Source: a virus
Taxonomy: Duplodnaviria; Caudoviricetes
Length of the DNA: 26,280 nt
Direction: 5' to 3' (one strand)
Virus record (IMG/VR): IMGVR_UViG_3300022074_000326
Coordinates: 1-26,280 of that record
Position numbers and translations under genes: made by a program. A model generated the notes under the pieces. It saw only the letters and a list, made by a program, of their open reading frames with translations. It was not told the origin of the DNA and ran no database searches. Positions 1 through 8,835 of the stretch are shown here, one piece after another; position 1 is the first letter of the stretch, and every line of letters begins with the position of its first letter.

Positions 1-256
1 CCCGAGTTGCAGCTTGATTAGTTATACGTTGCGCTTCTTGGTATCCTACTCTTTCACGCCATGCATCTAACCCTGCTTTCTTATCTTCTGATTGTGTAGC
101 TGATAATATAGTTGTGACTGATGGTATTTTTATATCTCCAACATTATAGTGCCGTGAGCCGAGGTCGTTGTCTCGAGTATACTTAGCATACTCATATTTC
201 TTTTCGAGTTTTAAGTCGGTAATATAAAATGAATTATTTTCTCTAACAAGACGCAC
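1..256 (-). CDS. PD-(D/E)XK-family exonuclease (phage exonuclease / MGME1-like), 5' part; runs off the left edge
   Basis: Not in the ORF track. Hand translation from GTG at 256: MRLVRENNSFYITDLKLEKKYEYAKYTRDNDLGSRHYNVGDIKIPSVTTILSATQSEDKKAGLDAWRERVGYQEAQRITNQAATRG. PSVTTIL...L..WR.RVG..EA......A.RG is the typical N-terminal signature of this nuclease family. Start codon uncertain. Confidence 0.8.
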   Translation of the reverse strand, partial: MRLVRENNSFYITDLKLEKKYEYAKYTRDNDLGSRHYNVGDIKIPSVTTILSATQSEDKKAGLDAWRERVGYQEAQRITNQAATR

Positions 257-264
257 AAGGTCTT

Positions 265-480
265 TTAGTTTAATTTCAAAATAAGAGCAACAATTATTCC
301 TAACATTGTTGTCATTAAAAATCCTGTAGATGCTATCATTATTTTTTCAAGTCTATGTATATCTTGATGAACATCATTTATTTTTTTATTAGTTTCTTCT
401 TGCATAATTCTACACAACTTCTCATGGTCATCCATTCTTTGATGAGCAAGTATATCTTTACTAGAAGCTTTTCTTGGCAC
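265..480 (-). CDS. Small coiled-coil protein with a C-terminal transmembrane helix (holin-like or membrane anchor; function unknown)
   Basis: 71 aa, GTG start overlapping the upstream gene. Heptad-like segment EKLCRIMQEETNKKINDVHQDIHRLE followed by hydrophobic IMIASTGFLMTTMLGIIVALIL. Confidence 0.6.
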   Translation of the reverse strand: MPRKASSKDILAHQRMDDHEKLCRIMQEETNKKINDVHQDIHRLEKIMIASTGFLMTTMLGIIVALILKLN

Positions 481-3112
481 TGACTATCCCTCCCTTATTG
501 AAAAGGTTTAAGGCCTGTGCTAGTTCTGTGTTTGATTGTTGTCCACCCATTGGTAAGTTTGATGGTGCTACATTTGGTAGAGGTATATCAGATTCAGATC
601 TTACTATTGATCCTGTTCTTTGTCCTGTACCCTGTCTTTTTATTCCAGATTGTAAGTACGGGTCTATTTCAATTGCAGGTGCATTCTCTGGATCAAATTC
701 CCTTTTAGCAGGAGCGTTAGGCATAATACCTGTTTTAAAATATTGTTCATATGCTTCCTTGTTTCCTTGAACTTTGTCCATAGCTGCTTTAGCTTCTACA
801 GGACCAACAATACCTTCTGAAACTAACGCACTTCCTAATTGTCCAACATATCTTGTTAGTTTTTCATAACTATCAATTCCTTTATTACCTTTACCTAAAC
901 CTTCAATTAATGCTCTTGTAGTTGCAGGTCTAGACATTGCGTAAGCTAAACCAGCAGGACCTAATACAAAAAATGTTGCAGCACCTGGATCAATCGTACC
1001 TGTACCAAAACCAACTACACCAACTATTTGTGATAACGCACCAGCTTGTTTCATCTGTACAAGCATATCTCCACTTGTTCCTGCAGCACCTGGTGGTTTT
1101 ATTTTACCTTCAATTAATTGTAATCTTCTCACATAATCCTTTATGCCTTTTATTTGAGTGTCTTTAAGAAAACCTACTGGTAATCCTGTTTTAGGATCGT
1201 TTCCAAATAACCAATTATAGTCTTTCATAAATTTTTCTGCTTTAGGAACACTAAGTTTGTAGTACTGGCCTGATTTATCAACACTATTTCTTAAAAAATC
1301 TTTAAAAAATTGTCCTTGCAATGCTCCTTGAATAGCTTCTCTTTGTGGAAATAAATCGTATTTTTTACCACCTGCGTTTATTTTACCGTCTTTTAAACTT
1401 TTTTGAAAAGCTCTAAAGTAACTTGGCTTACCTGCACCAATAATATTTTTATATAATCTTTCTTGACCAAAGTCAGTTTTTAATAAATCACTTACAACTT
1501 TACCTTCGAATGCCCTTCCTCCTAACCTTGTAAAATCTGAAGCAGCTCTTCTTGCCCCATTTACTGAAGCTGGTAAAGGAGAGTTTGCTAACATAGCTTC
1601 CATTCTTTTCATTATTTCAGCTCGAACTGACTGTGCTCTTCCTAATGGTCTCATTCCTCCTATTTCTTCATAGGCAACTCTAAAAGTATTGTAATCTGTT
1701 TCATCACCCATTCTATTTAAAACTCCTAACATAGTATTCACATCTCCATTATCAGGAACTATATTTTCTTTAGTTGCTTGTTTTATATATGTGCTTAAAT
1801 TATCAACTACCTCATCTCTACCTAAATATGAATTATAAACATTTATTTTTGCAGGTACTTCAGGGTTTCTAATTTTTACATTGAATGCAGGATCGTACGA
1901 ACCATCAGCTCTTCTTGTAGCTTTGTTTACACCATCTGCTAATTCATTCCATAACTTATCTTTTGTAGTTTGAAAAATTTTTTGTCCACCTGCAATTTGA
2001 CCATTTAAAAAAGCTGTCACACCATCTGCAGCAGTATCATAATCAATTTTAGGTAAGTCTTTTGTTAATACTTTTGTAAAATTATCAATAGATTCAATTG
2101 TCATCAATCTACTTAAACCCTCTGTTTGTCTAATAAATGCACCACCACCAATAGATGCAGCAGATAATGAACTTGCTAGCTCAACACCAGATTGTTCTGT
2201 AACTTTACCTGCAATAATATTTGCATCTTCAAATTTATATTTACCCCTTTTTACATTAAAGAAATCAGGGTTACCTTTTTGTGCACTTAGAAATGCATCG
2301 TCAGTTAACTCTGCACTTTCTAAAATAGATCTTTGCTGTGGACTTATTGTAACTGTTTTTTTTAGTTGTTCTTCTGTTAAATTTTTTCCTACTAATTTAT
2401 CTAGTACTTCTTTACTTGGTAGTTTTCCTGTCTCCTTAAACTTAGCAACTTCTTTATAAAAGAGTTTGTCTCCATCTAAACCTCTAATAACATCTTGAGC
2501 ACCATCAATTGTTTTTAAAGAAAATCCTGTAACTTTATTATAAACTTTAGCTAAACCTCCAGCCATACCAAAACCAAGTAGTTCACCAAAAGCACCTTGA
2601 GCTGTCCCTCTTGCAACTTCTCTTACAATACTTTCTTTTGGATCAAATGTTTGAGATATAGCTGCACCAGCTCCACCCCCTAGTCCCGCACCGGTTACAC
2701 CACCAATTAATCTTTGTTTATTTTTACTTAAATTTAAAAGTGGTCTAGCTATTCTAGCAACTCTTGCTGCCATTAATCCTGTACCTACTAAAGAAGATCC
2801 TCCACTAAAAGGAGCTAACGCAACACCCGCAACTCCTCCAGCAATAGATAAACCTACCTCTGTTACTATTCTCATAAAGTCTGGGCTTGCTAAAAAACTT
2901 TCTGTATCTTTATTGTATTTTCCTTTTTGTGCATCAGATAAAACATCTTCAGGAGTAATCATAAGTTTCATCTCATCATCAAAACTTAATCCTCCATCTT
3001 TTCCTGTAGCACCTTTAGCTGCTAAAACAGAATCGATAGCTACTTGTTCTTTAGGAGTAGGCTCTGTTCCCTTAATTTTAAATGTATTTCCTTGTACAAC
3101 TATCTCTGCCAT
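461..3112 (-). CDS. Large internal virion / DNA ejection protein (positional analogue of P22 gp16 / T7 gp16)
   Basis: 883 aa. Gly/Ala-rich hydrophobic segments near the N-terminus (GLSIAGGVAGVALAPFSGG; GGVTGAGLGGGAGAA). Last large gene of the ejection module. SD-like AAGGA upstream. C-terminal FNKGG motif. Confidence 0.65.
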   Translation of the reverse strand: MAEIVVQGNTFKIKGTEPTPKEQVAIDSVLAAKGATGKDGGLSFDDEMKLMITPEDVLSDAQKGKYNKDTESFLASPDFMRIVTEVGLSIAGGVAGVALAPFSGGSSLVGTGLMAARVARIARPLLNLSKNKQRLIGGVTGAGLGGGAGAAISQTFDPKESIVREVARGTAQGAFGELLGFGMAGGLAKVYNKVTGFSLKTIDGAQDVIRGLDGDKLFYKEVAKFKETGKLPSKEVLDKLVGKNLTEEQLKKTVTISPQQRSILESAELTDDAFLSAQKGNPDFFNVKRGKYKFEDANIIAGKVTEQSGVELASSLSAASIGGGAFIRQTEGLSRLMTIESIDNFTKVLTKDLPKIDYDTAADGVTAFLNGQIAGGQKIFQTTKDKLWNELADGVNKATRRADGSYDPAFNVKIRNPEVPAKINVYNSYLGRDEVVDNLSTYIKQATKENIVPDNGDVNTMLGVLNRMGDETDYNTFRVAYEEIGGMRPLGRAQSVRAEIMKRMEAMLANSPLPASVNGARRAASDFTRLGGRAFEGKVVSDLLKTDFGQERLYKNIIGAGKPSYFRAFQKSLKDGKINAGGKKYDLFPQREAIQGALQGQFFKDFLRNSVDKSGQYYKLSVPKAEKFMKDYNWLFGNDPKTGLPVGFLKDTQIKGIKDYVRRLQLIEGKIKPPGAAGTSGDMLVQMKQAGALSQIVGVVGFGTGTIDPGAATFFVLGPAGLAYAMSRPATTRALIEGLGKGNKGIDSYEKLTRYVGQLGSALVSEGIVGPVEAKAAMDKVQGNKEAYEQYFKTGIMPNAPAKREFDPENAPAIEIDPYLQSGIKRQGTGQRTGSIVRSESDIPLPNVAPSNLPMGGQQSNTELAQALNLFNKGGIVSAKKSF

Positions 3113-3120
3113 ATAAATCC

Positions 3121-3984
3121 TTAATTTGCACTAACATCATATTTGTTACCATCATATTGTTTAATAGTAACACCTTCACTTAAATCAATATAGTTAGAAG
3201 CACCTCTTCCAGAAGCCTCCATAATTTCTAAGGCAGTAGTAAAGTCTGCATTATTATCTTCTGCAATTGCAATAGCATCTGCAAAATAACTATCTAATGC
3301 TTGTAGCTTTGCTTCAAATGTAGCTTCAGTATCACCCACTTGTGGTATAAGTTTTGTAATTCTTTCTGCCTCTTGTTCTGATACTGCTGCACCAGAGATC
3401 GCTTGTGTTACAAATGAAGTTGCTTGTTGTATTCTACTTTTAAAAGCACCGTAGTCTTTTGAAAATTGTGAGCCACCTACCTTACCAAGAGATGCTCTAA
3501 TTCTTCCTAAATCACCAAAACCTACAGGTTTACCTAATTTATAATAGTCATCTCCAATTCTAGATAAAATAGTTCTTACTCTTTTACTTCCTTGAATTTG
3601 TTTTAAAGATTCTGCAGAAGGTTTTGATACAACAGTAATTTTTCCTTTACCATCTATTTGTGCAATAGATCCTTTTGGTAAATTATATTCTTTTAATTCT
3701 GCATCTGTCAAAGTTCTTGATCTATCTAGTGCAGTTCCTTTTTGTTTTTCTACAGATAAAATTGTTGCAGGTAATTTACCAATACCTTCACCTAATGCAG
3801 TTAAAGCATTTCCAACGCCAGAACCTTTTGCTTGAAGTAATGGTGCAGCCAAAGTTGCGGCATAAATAGCTCTTTCTTTTGGGGATAATGAACCTAAACC
3901 ACCTTCTTGAAAATGTTTTACAGTTGGCTTCAATGATTTGAAGTATCTATCTTTAAACATTTTTCTTGTTAATACTTTATCCAT
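3121..3984 (-). CDS. Internal virion / ejection protein
   Basis: 287 aa, helical-looking, with SGAAVSEQEAERI motif of the kind seen in podoviral injection proteins. FQEGG at aa 25-29. SD GAGG upstream. Position within the ejection module. Confidence 0.6.
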   Translation of the reverse strand: MDKVLTRKMFKDRYFKSLKPTVKHFQEGGLGSLSPKERAIYAATLAAPLLQAKGSGVGNALTALGEGIGKLPATILSVEKQKGTALDRSRTLTDAELKEYNLPKGSIAQIDGKGKITVVSKPSAESLKQIQGSKRVRTILSRIGDDYYKLGKPVGFGDLGRIRASLGKVGGSQFSKDYGAFKSRIQQATSFVTQAISGAAVSEQEAERITKLIPQVGDTEATFEAKLQALDSYFADAIAIAEDNNADFTTALEIMEASGRGASNYIDLSEGVTIKQYDGNKYDVSAN

Positions 3985-3986
3985 GA

Positions 3987-5000
3987 TTACCTCGGTTGCA
4001 TCATGTTATAAGCTGCATATCCACCTAATGCTGTACCTGCTGCTTGTGCTAATGGGTTAGCCCCGGGAGCCGTGGTTGCTGTAATACTACTTTGTGTCGT
4101 AGGTAAATTAGTCATGATACCTTTCATAAACTCAACTCTTTGATAAGGTTCGTATGCTCTTTGTAATTCTGTTGCTCTTTGAGCATCTAATGTTCTTTGA
4201 CCAATACCTCTTTGCAACGCACCTGCTTGCATCTGTGCATTTATATCTGCAAGACTCATAGCTTGTTGTTGTGCTCCTAATTGTCCTAGTAGTTGTCCAC
4301 CTGCAAGTTGTTGTTGTCTTTGAGTTTGTGCTGCGCCTAATGCAGTCTGAAAACCTTGTGCTTGTGCTTGGCCCATAGCTTGTAAAGTTCTGTTTTGTAA
4401 TTCTGCTTGTTGGACTCCTTGTCTTCCACCACCAAAAGCTCCTGCATCAATAGCTGAAGCATTTAGTTGATTTTGTGCTATCTGTCCTTGTCTACCAATT
4501 TCATTTGTAACATATTGTTGATAAGGATTTAAAAATTGTCCAATGTTTGGGTTTTGCATTCCTGCTGCTACTGAACCAATACCAGCTCCAACTGTCCCTG
4601 CGCCAACACCTGTTTGACCTGCTTGAGTAATACCCGCTTGTTCTAATGGGGAAAGACCTGCAACTTGAATACCAGGTATATTAACAGGAGTTTTTGCCAA
4701 TCCTGCTGCTTGATCATAAAGTGCTAATTTTCTAGCTTCAACTTCTGGTGCTTCTCTTGCAATTGTAGTTTGTGTACCGGAGCCACCTCCGCCTCCTCCA
4801 CCACCACCAAGATATTGTTTTAATCCTGTAGTAGGGTTGATGCTTCCTTGACCACCAACACTTTTTAAAAGTGTAGATTCAAATTTATTTATATGTGCAA
4901 GTTCTGTATCTCCACCAATACCTTTACCAGATATATCTTCATATAACTCAGTAAATAATTTTATCTTTTCTTTTATATTTAATTTTTTAATATTAATCAT
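3987..5000 (-). CDS. Internal virion / DNA pilot-like ejection protein (P22 gp7-like position)
   Basis: 337 aa, Gln/Gly/Ala-rich (FLNPYQQ, AGAFGGGRQG) with a C-terminal amphipathic Gly/Ala helix. N-terminal GDTELAHIN...INPTTGL module followed by a Gly9 tract. Confidence 0.65.
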   Translation of the reverse strand: MINIKKLNIKEKIKLFTELYEDISGKGIGGDTELAHINKFESTLLKSVGGQGSINPTTGLKQYLGGGGGGGGGSGTQTTIAREAPEVEARKLALYDQAAGLAKTPVNIPGIQVAGLSPLEQAGITQAGQTGVGAGTVGAGIGSVAAGMQNPNIGQFLNPYQQYVTNEIGRQGQIAQNQLNASAIDAGAFGGGRQGVQQAELQNRTLQAMGQAQAQGFQTALGAAQTQRQQQLAGGQLLGQLGAQQQAMSLADINAQMQAGALQRGIGQRTLDAQRATELQRAYEPYQRVEFMKGIMTNLPTTQSSITATTAPGANPLAQAAGTALGGYAAYNMMQPR

Positions 5001-5413
5001 AAGTCTTTCTCTACTTGAACATGTGTTGCCACATATCCTTTTTGTTTAAATAAAGGGACATAACCTGGCCTTGAAAAGATTTCCATTTTTTTACAACCTT
5101 GTTCTTTAGCCCATTCAGCCACTTTATCAATTTGATCAAACCATTCTTTATACCTTTTACCAGTGACGATTTTAGCATCACAAACTTTGTAATTAGGGTA
5201 GTCTCTAATTTCAGTAACACCCACACATAAAATTTCGTTAGTATCTGTAACAGCCATCCAAAGCTGCATTGTACCTTGTTTACAATGTTCTTTAATATGC
5301 TCTTCACTTATAAATCCTCCTGCTCTGATACAAGCTTTGTGCACTAATTCTTTTGCTAAAGGCCATACTTTATCAATCTCCTCTTTACTGAATTGTATCA
5401 GATTTGTTGTCAT
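4997..5413 (-). CDS. GNAT-fold protein (T7 gp13 / P22 gp14-like acetyltransferase-like virion assembly factor)
   Basis: 138 aa with QLW, AEWAKEQGCKKMEIFSRPGY and C-terminal GY...V.VEK.L pattern. Located directly before the first ejection protein, as in many podoviruses. Confidence 0.65.
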   Translation of the reverse strand: MTTNLIQFSKEEIDKVWPLAKELVHKACIRAGGFISEEHIKEHCKQGTMQLWMAVTDTNEILCVGVTEIRDYPNYKVCDAKIVTGKRYKEWFDQIDKVAEWAKEQGCKKMEIFSRPGYVPLFKQKGYVATHVQVEKDL

Positions 5414-6353
5414 TAACTAAATCGTAAATTCTTTTTAATTTTTTTTGTTGATCATAAAAGAAATCTGCTCCAGCTTTTCTCATGCTTTTATAACTTTTAG
5501 GATCTCCACCAGATAATATACCAGCACCTAATACTGCATCCGCACGTGATACAAATTCTCCATCAGCTAATTGTGCTAACATAGTATCTTCATCCTTATC
5601 CCCGTTACCTGAACCATCTTCAACATAACCTTCTGCTCTTACATAATTATTATAATCGTTTTCATTGTGATCTGTTTTTGACGGTAGATAATTAACACCA
5701 CCTTTATTAAATTTTTGTATAGCAGTTGCTAATCCACCTTCATTTGCATAAAACATATCTGACCTTAATGTTTCATCCATAGTAGGTCTTGTATTTTCTG
5801 CAGGTACAAATGCACCTTCTAATTTACCAGATTGTTCTGCGTATGCTTTATCATAATCTTCTTTTCTGTAACCATCTATACCACCATCACCTTCATCTTC
5901 ATCTGCTAGTAAAGGAAGTACACTTGATGCTAAGAATGCAGATTGAAGAGGATTGTCTTTTACTTTTTTTAATAAATTAGAAGTTATTCCTGATTCTGGT
6001 GTTTTTACAACATTCAATCCAGATAATTCTCCACCTCTTGAAATTATTTCATTACCAAATTTATCTACACCTATAACTTTACCTTCAGGCATATTAGCTT
6101 TGTTTAAAAAACTTGTTCCTAAATTACCTTGCGGTACAGGCGTTGTAGCTTGCCCTAAACCTAAAAAAGATTTAGCACTCGATAGAGGTGCTTTTCCTGC
6201 AAACATTTGTCCTAATGATGAAGTTGGAGCCATAGCTCCGATTGCGTAAGCTCCTCCACCAATTAGAGCTGCACTTTGAAGTGCTTTCTTAGTTGATTTT
6301 CCTCGAAGTTTTTGTACGCCAAATGTGGCTAGTGCTAGTGTAAATGGGTCCAT
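5385..6353 (-). CDS. Internal virion protein with a C-terminal tape-measure-like GEFV module
   Basis: 322 aa. Hydrophobic Gly/Ala-rich N-terminus, then YANEGG and FNKGG motifs, then GNGDKDEDTMLAQLADGEFVSRADAV module. Confidence 0.6.
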   Translation of the reverse strand: MDPFTLALATFGVQKLRGKSTKKALQSAALIGGGAYAIGAMAPTSSLGQMFAGKAPLSSAKSFLGLGQATTPVPQGNLGTSFLNKANMPEGKVIGVDKFGNEIISRGGELSGLNVVKTPESGITSNLLKKVKDNPLQSAFLASSVLPLLADEDEGDGGIDGYRKEDYDKAYAEQSGKLEGAFVPAENTRPTMDETLRSDMFYANEGGLATAIQKFNKGGVNYLPSKTDHNENDYNNYVRAEGYVEDGSGNGDKDEDTMLAQLADGEFVSRADAVLGAGILSGGDPKSYKSMRKAGADFFYDQQKKLKRIYDLVNDNKSDTIQ

Positions 6354-6354
6354 A

Positions 6355-6375
6355 GTCTAATTAATTAATTAAGAC
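6355..6375. promoter_or_regulatory. Near-palindrome / hairpin in the 5' leader of the ejection module
   Basis: GTCTAATTAATTAATTAAGAC: GTCT/AGAC arms around a perfect 14-bp palindrome TAATTAATTAATTA (6358-6371). It ends 1 nt before the ATG at 6353. Confidence 0.45.
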
Positions 6376-6376
6376 A

Positions 6377-6405
6377 ATATTACCATTTTACTTGGTTGGT
6401 TTCAA
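6377..6405 (-). promoter_or_regulatory. Sigma70-type promoter for the ejection module
   Basis: TTGAAA (6405-6400), 17 bp, TGn-extended TAATAT (6382-6377). 23 nt to the ATG, no SD. Confidence 0.55.
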
Positions 6406-7260
6406 CTCATCAACAAAACGTCCCTCATACTGATGCTCACCTACATGGACAATAGTATCCCCTATATAGGCATAACATTTACCACCTATATCCTTCCATA
6501 ACTTACAGAAAGAGAAGTCTTCTCCAAGATAGGTCTTAGTCTCTGGGTCATGTATACAATCAAAAAAATTCCACATATGAGGCTTATTTACATACTCTCC
6601 ATTAATCACAGTTTTTTGTACTATAGCTTTGTCTGGATATGCTTTAATCATTTTGTTTATTACATCCCTTTTAATTAGCATGCATCCTGTAGGACTATGA
6701 GTTACTTCCATCACACCTTTATCTACTTTTATATCTTTGTCATCTGCTACTCTCATAGGATAAGTATTAAAGGCTTTTTTTAAATCACTTATATTTTTTA
6801 TTTGATTATCATTAATTCTATCCATTGCTTTATCCCACATAATTGTCTTCAATGGATATGGTATTGATATTATATCTTTATCTCTTTCAATCATTTTCAA
6901 AATAGACTCTGCTTGAACATATATATCTGAATCTATAAATAACATATGTGTAAAATCAGATTCTAAAAATCCTGCTACACATAGATTTCTACCTTGAGTA
7001 ACAAGTGAAGATTTCATTAATTGAAATTTAATTTTTATTTTTTTATTAAATGATAACTTTTGTAATTCTAATAATGCTTGTGTATAGTGAATAGAACATT
7101 CACTATGTACAGGTGTAGCAACAAAAATAGAGTATGGTTTTATTTCTTCTTTAGAATTATTATTTTTCCATAGGGGTTCTATTGCTTTATCAAATGGTTT
7201 TGAGTCTACTTTTAGTTCTTTGAGTGTTTGATAAGTATCACTATTTATTGTTTCTTTCAC
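6388..7260 (-). CDS. Glycosyltransferase, GT-A fold (GT2-like)
   Basis: IFVATP, SLVTQGRN, THMLFIDSDI (DxD), TGCMLIKR and YLGEDFSFC...GG...HVG motifs. GTG start overlapping the upstream gene. Confidence 0.8.
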   Translation of the reverse strand: MKETINSDTYQTLKELKVDSKPFDKAIEPLWKNNNSKEEIKPYSIFVATPVHSECSIHYTQALLELQKLSFNKKIKIKFQLMKSSLVTQGRNLCVAGFLESDFTHMLFIDSDIYVQAESILKMIERDKDIISIPYPLKTIMWDKAMDRINDNQIKNISDLKKAFNTYPMRVADDKDIKVDKGVMEVTHSPTGCMLIKRDVINKMIKAYPDKAIVQKTVINGEYVNKPHMWNFFDCIHDPETKTYLGEDFSFCKLWKDIGGKCYAYIGDTIVHVGEHQYEGRFVDELKPTK

Positions 7261-8176
7261 TTACGGCTCCTTTCAAAAAGCTTGTCCATTCCATTCCTTT
7301 TTTCTTCCAACTGTAAAAACGTTTATAAAACTTTTGTTGTTCTTCTAAATGTTCTTGTATAAAATCCTCATGTAAATAACTTGCTGCAACTTCTATAGCA
7401 TTACCGGTAGCAATAGCCATACTCTCGTAATTAGTGGAATAGTTTACATATACAGGCCACTCAGCACATGTTTCGTATAATGCTCCAAAGTTATTTGTAA
7501 TTACATGAACTCCAGAAGCTAATGCTTCTAAGGCTGAAGCACAAGAGGTCTCTTCAAATATAGACGGATACACAAACATATCATAGCTTGGCATTTTTTT
7601 TAAAATATATTCATTTGGTTTATATCCAATATAATTTACATTAGGTAATTTTTCTGCTTGTTCGTACAAAGGTTTAAACTGATCATCATTATGTTTTTTA
7701 AAGTCATCTCCATAGACTTGCGATGAGCTATATATATCCATTATAATATTAGGGTTTTTTATTTCTTGCATTGCACGAAGAACAACATTTAATCCTCTCC
7801 ATGGTGTACAGTGATGTATAAGTTTGATTGGGTCACCCTTCTTATATATTTTTCTCTCAGGAAATTTATCTATACCGTTTTTAATAACAACACATTTTTC
7901 AGTAGGTATATCAAAAAAGTATCTAAACTTTTCGTAGTTCCAATGACTATTAAATATGTACCAATCATAATCATCATGCTTTGACTTATCTCTAAAAAAA
8001 GGTTGTAGATTATTTTGATCCCAAGAATTTTTTTGCCAAAGTATATTTATCTTACTAGGGTCTATTGGAACTTTACCTGGTATGGATGTACAGATTTGAA
8101 ATTGATTAAGTAAATCTTTATCAACATGCTTTTCAAGCATTTCCATTTGTAGCTCAGTGGCTCCTCTTGGCTGCAT
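7241..8176 (-). CDS. Glycosyltransferase, GT-B fold (GT4-like)
   Basis: N-terminal RGATE, IFNSHW, IKNGID, PWRGL, and C-terminal YPSIFEETSCASALEALASG (E-x7-E motif) followed by GALYET. Confidence 0.85.
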   Translation of the reverse strand: MQPRGATELQMEMLEKHVDKDLLNQFQICTSIPGKVPIDPSKINILWQKNSWDQNNLQPFFRDKSKHDDYDWYIFNSHWNYEKFRYFFDIPTEKCVVIKNGIDKFPERKIYKKGDPIKLIHHCTPWRGLNVVLRAMQEIKNPNIIMDIYSSSQVYGDDFKKHNDDQFKPLYEQAEKLPNVNYIGYKPNEYILKKMPSYDMFVYPSIFEETSCASALEALASGVHVITNNFGALYETCAEWPVYVNYSTNYESMAIATGNAIEVAASYLHEDFIQEHLEEQQKFYKRFYSWKKKGMEWTSFLKGAVSERNNK

Positions 8177-8373
8177 TATTTTTTGGTTTCTGCCCCCATA
8201 GTAACTCTAGTAACCTTAATTTCAAGGTCTTGTCTAAAATCATCCACAGTAGTATCAGTATTGGGATCAGCAACATCAGCATCAAAATCAACTTTACTAG
8301 CATATACTTTACCAGTCCTTTTGTGTTTAATAATTTCTTTTGCTTCTGCTGGTAGTTTAATTATATCACTCAT
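8176..8373 (-). CDS. Small hypothetical phage protein
   Basis: 65 aa (KHKRTGKVY...ADVADPNTDT). SD GGAG upstream, ATGA overlap at the start, TAATG coupling to the GT gene. Confidence 0.7.
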   Translation of the reverse strand: MSDIIKLPAEAKEIIKHKRTGKVYASKVDFDADVADPNTDTTVDDFRQDLEIKVTRVTMGAETKK

Positions 8374-8507
8374 TTTTGTCTCCGTCCTTGTCTATTATAT
8401 TTTTTATTATTCTGCAACTTCTTTTTTTTATTAGGATTCTTACAGTGTCTTCTAGGTCTTTTCCTAGGCTTATCTCTTTCAACAAAATCTTTAAATTTTC
8501 TAGCCAT
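8370..8507 (-). CDS. 45-aa extremely basic peptide
   Basis: Not in the ORF track. MARKFKDFVERDKPRKRPRRHCKNPNKKKKLQNNKKYNRQGRRQK has 21 of 45 residues K/R. It fills the gap exactly, overlapping the upstream stop and ending in an ATGA overlap. Confidence 0.75.
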   Translation of the reverse strand: MARKFKDFVERDKPRKRPRRHCKNPNKKKKLQNNKKYNRQGRRQK

Positions 8508-8835
8508 TTTCCTGTGAACGATCTATCAAAGCATAACTAACAATACCTGTAATCTCATTAGCTGCACCTGCTTGCATTGATAAAATATCGCTAGCTTCTA
8601 AATTAAGAGAACCCTTAACCATATTTACAGTCGCTTTATTTAATTCCTCATAAGATACTTTTACAGCTGATCCACCTGATTTAGTTACTAATGCATGAGT
8701 ATCAACATTACTAGCAGTGTCATGTACAGCTTGTATGCTTTTTACAATAATAGTTGCATCACTAGGACACGTTAAAACTGGTGTAACGTTAGTGGTTGTC
8801 AAATCAAATGTTTCGCTTTTATATCTTATTGTCAT
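8500..8835 (-). CDS. Small beta-rich virion protein, nozzle-associated (possible tail-tip knob)
   Basis: 111 aa with alternating hydrophobic pattern (LTCPSDATIIVKSI...LNLEASDILSM). ATGA-coupled. Sits two genes downstream of the nozzle. Confidence 0.55.
   Translation of the reverse strand: MTIRYKSETFDLTTTNVTPVLTCPSDATIIVKSIQAVHDTASNVDTHALVTKSGGSAVKVSYEELNKATVNMVKGSLNLEASDILSMQAGAANEITGIVSYALIDRSQENG

Noticed and set aside
5011-5307. 98-aa alternative-frame ORF nested in the GNAT gene (similarly 15838..16113, 18750..18947, 19113..19304, 22818..23045)
   Set aside because: The Leu/Val/Met/Gln-rich composition is typical of off-frame reading of AT3-biased genes. No lipobox or spanin context and no evident RBS.
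8394-8420. TATAAT upstream of the 65-aa gene
   Set aside because: The nearest TTG hexamer is only 12 nt away. The gene already has an SD and ATGA coupling.
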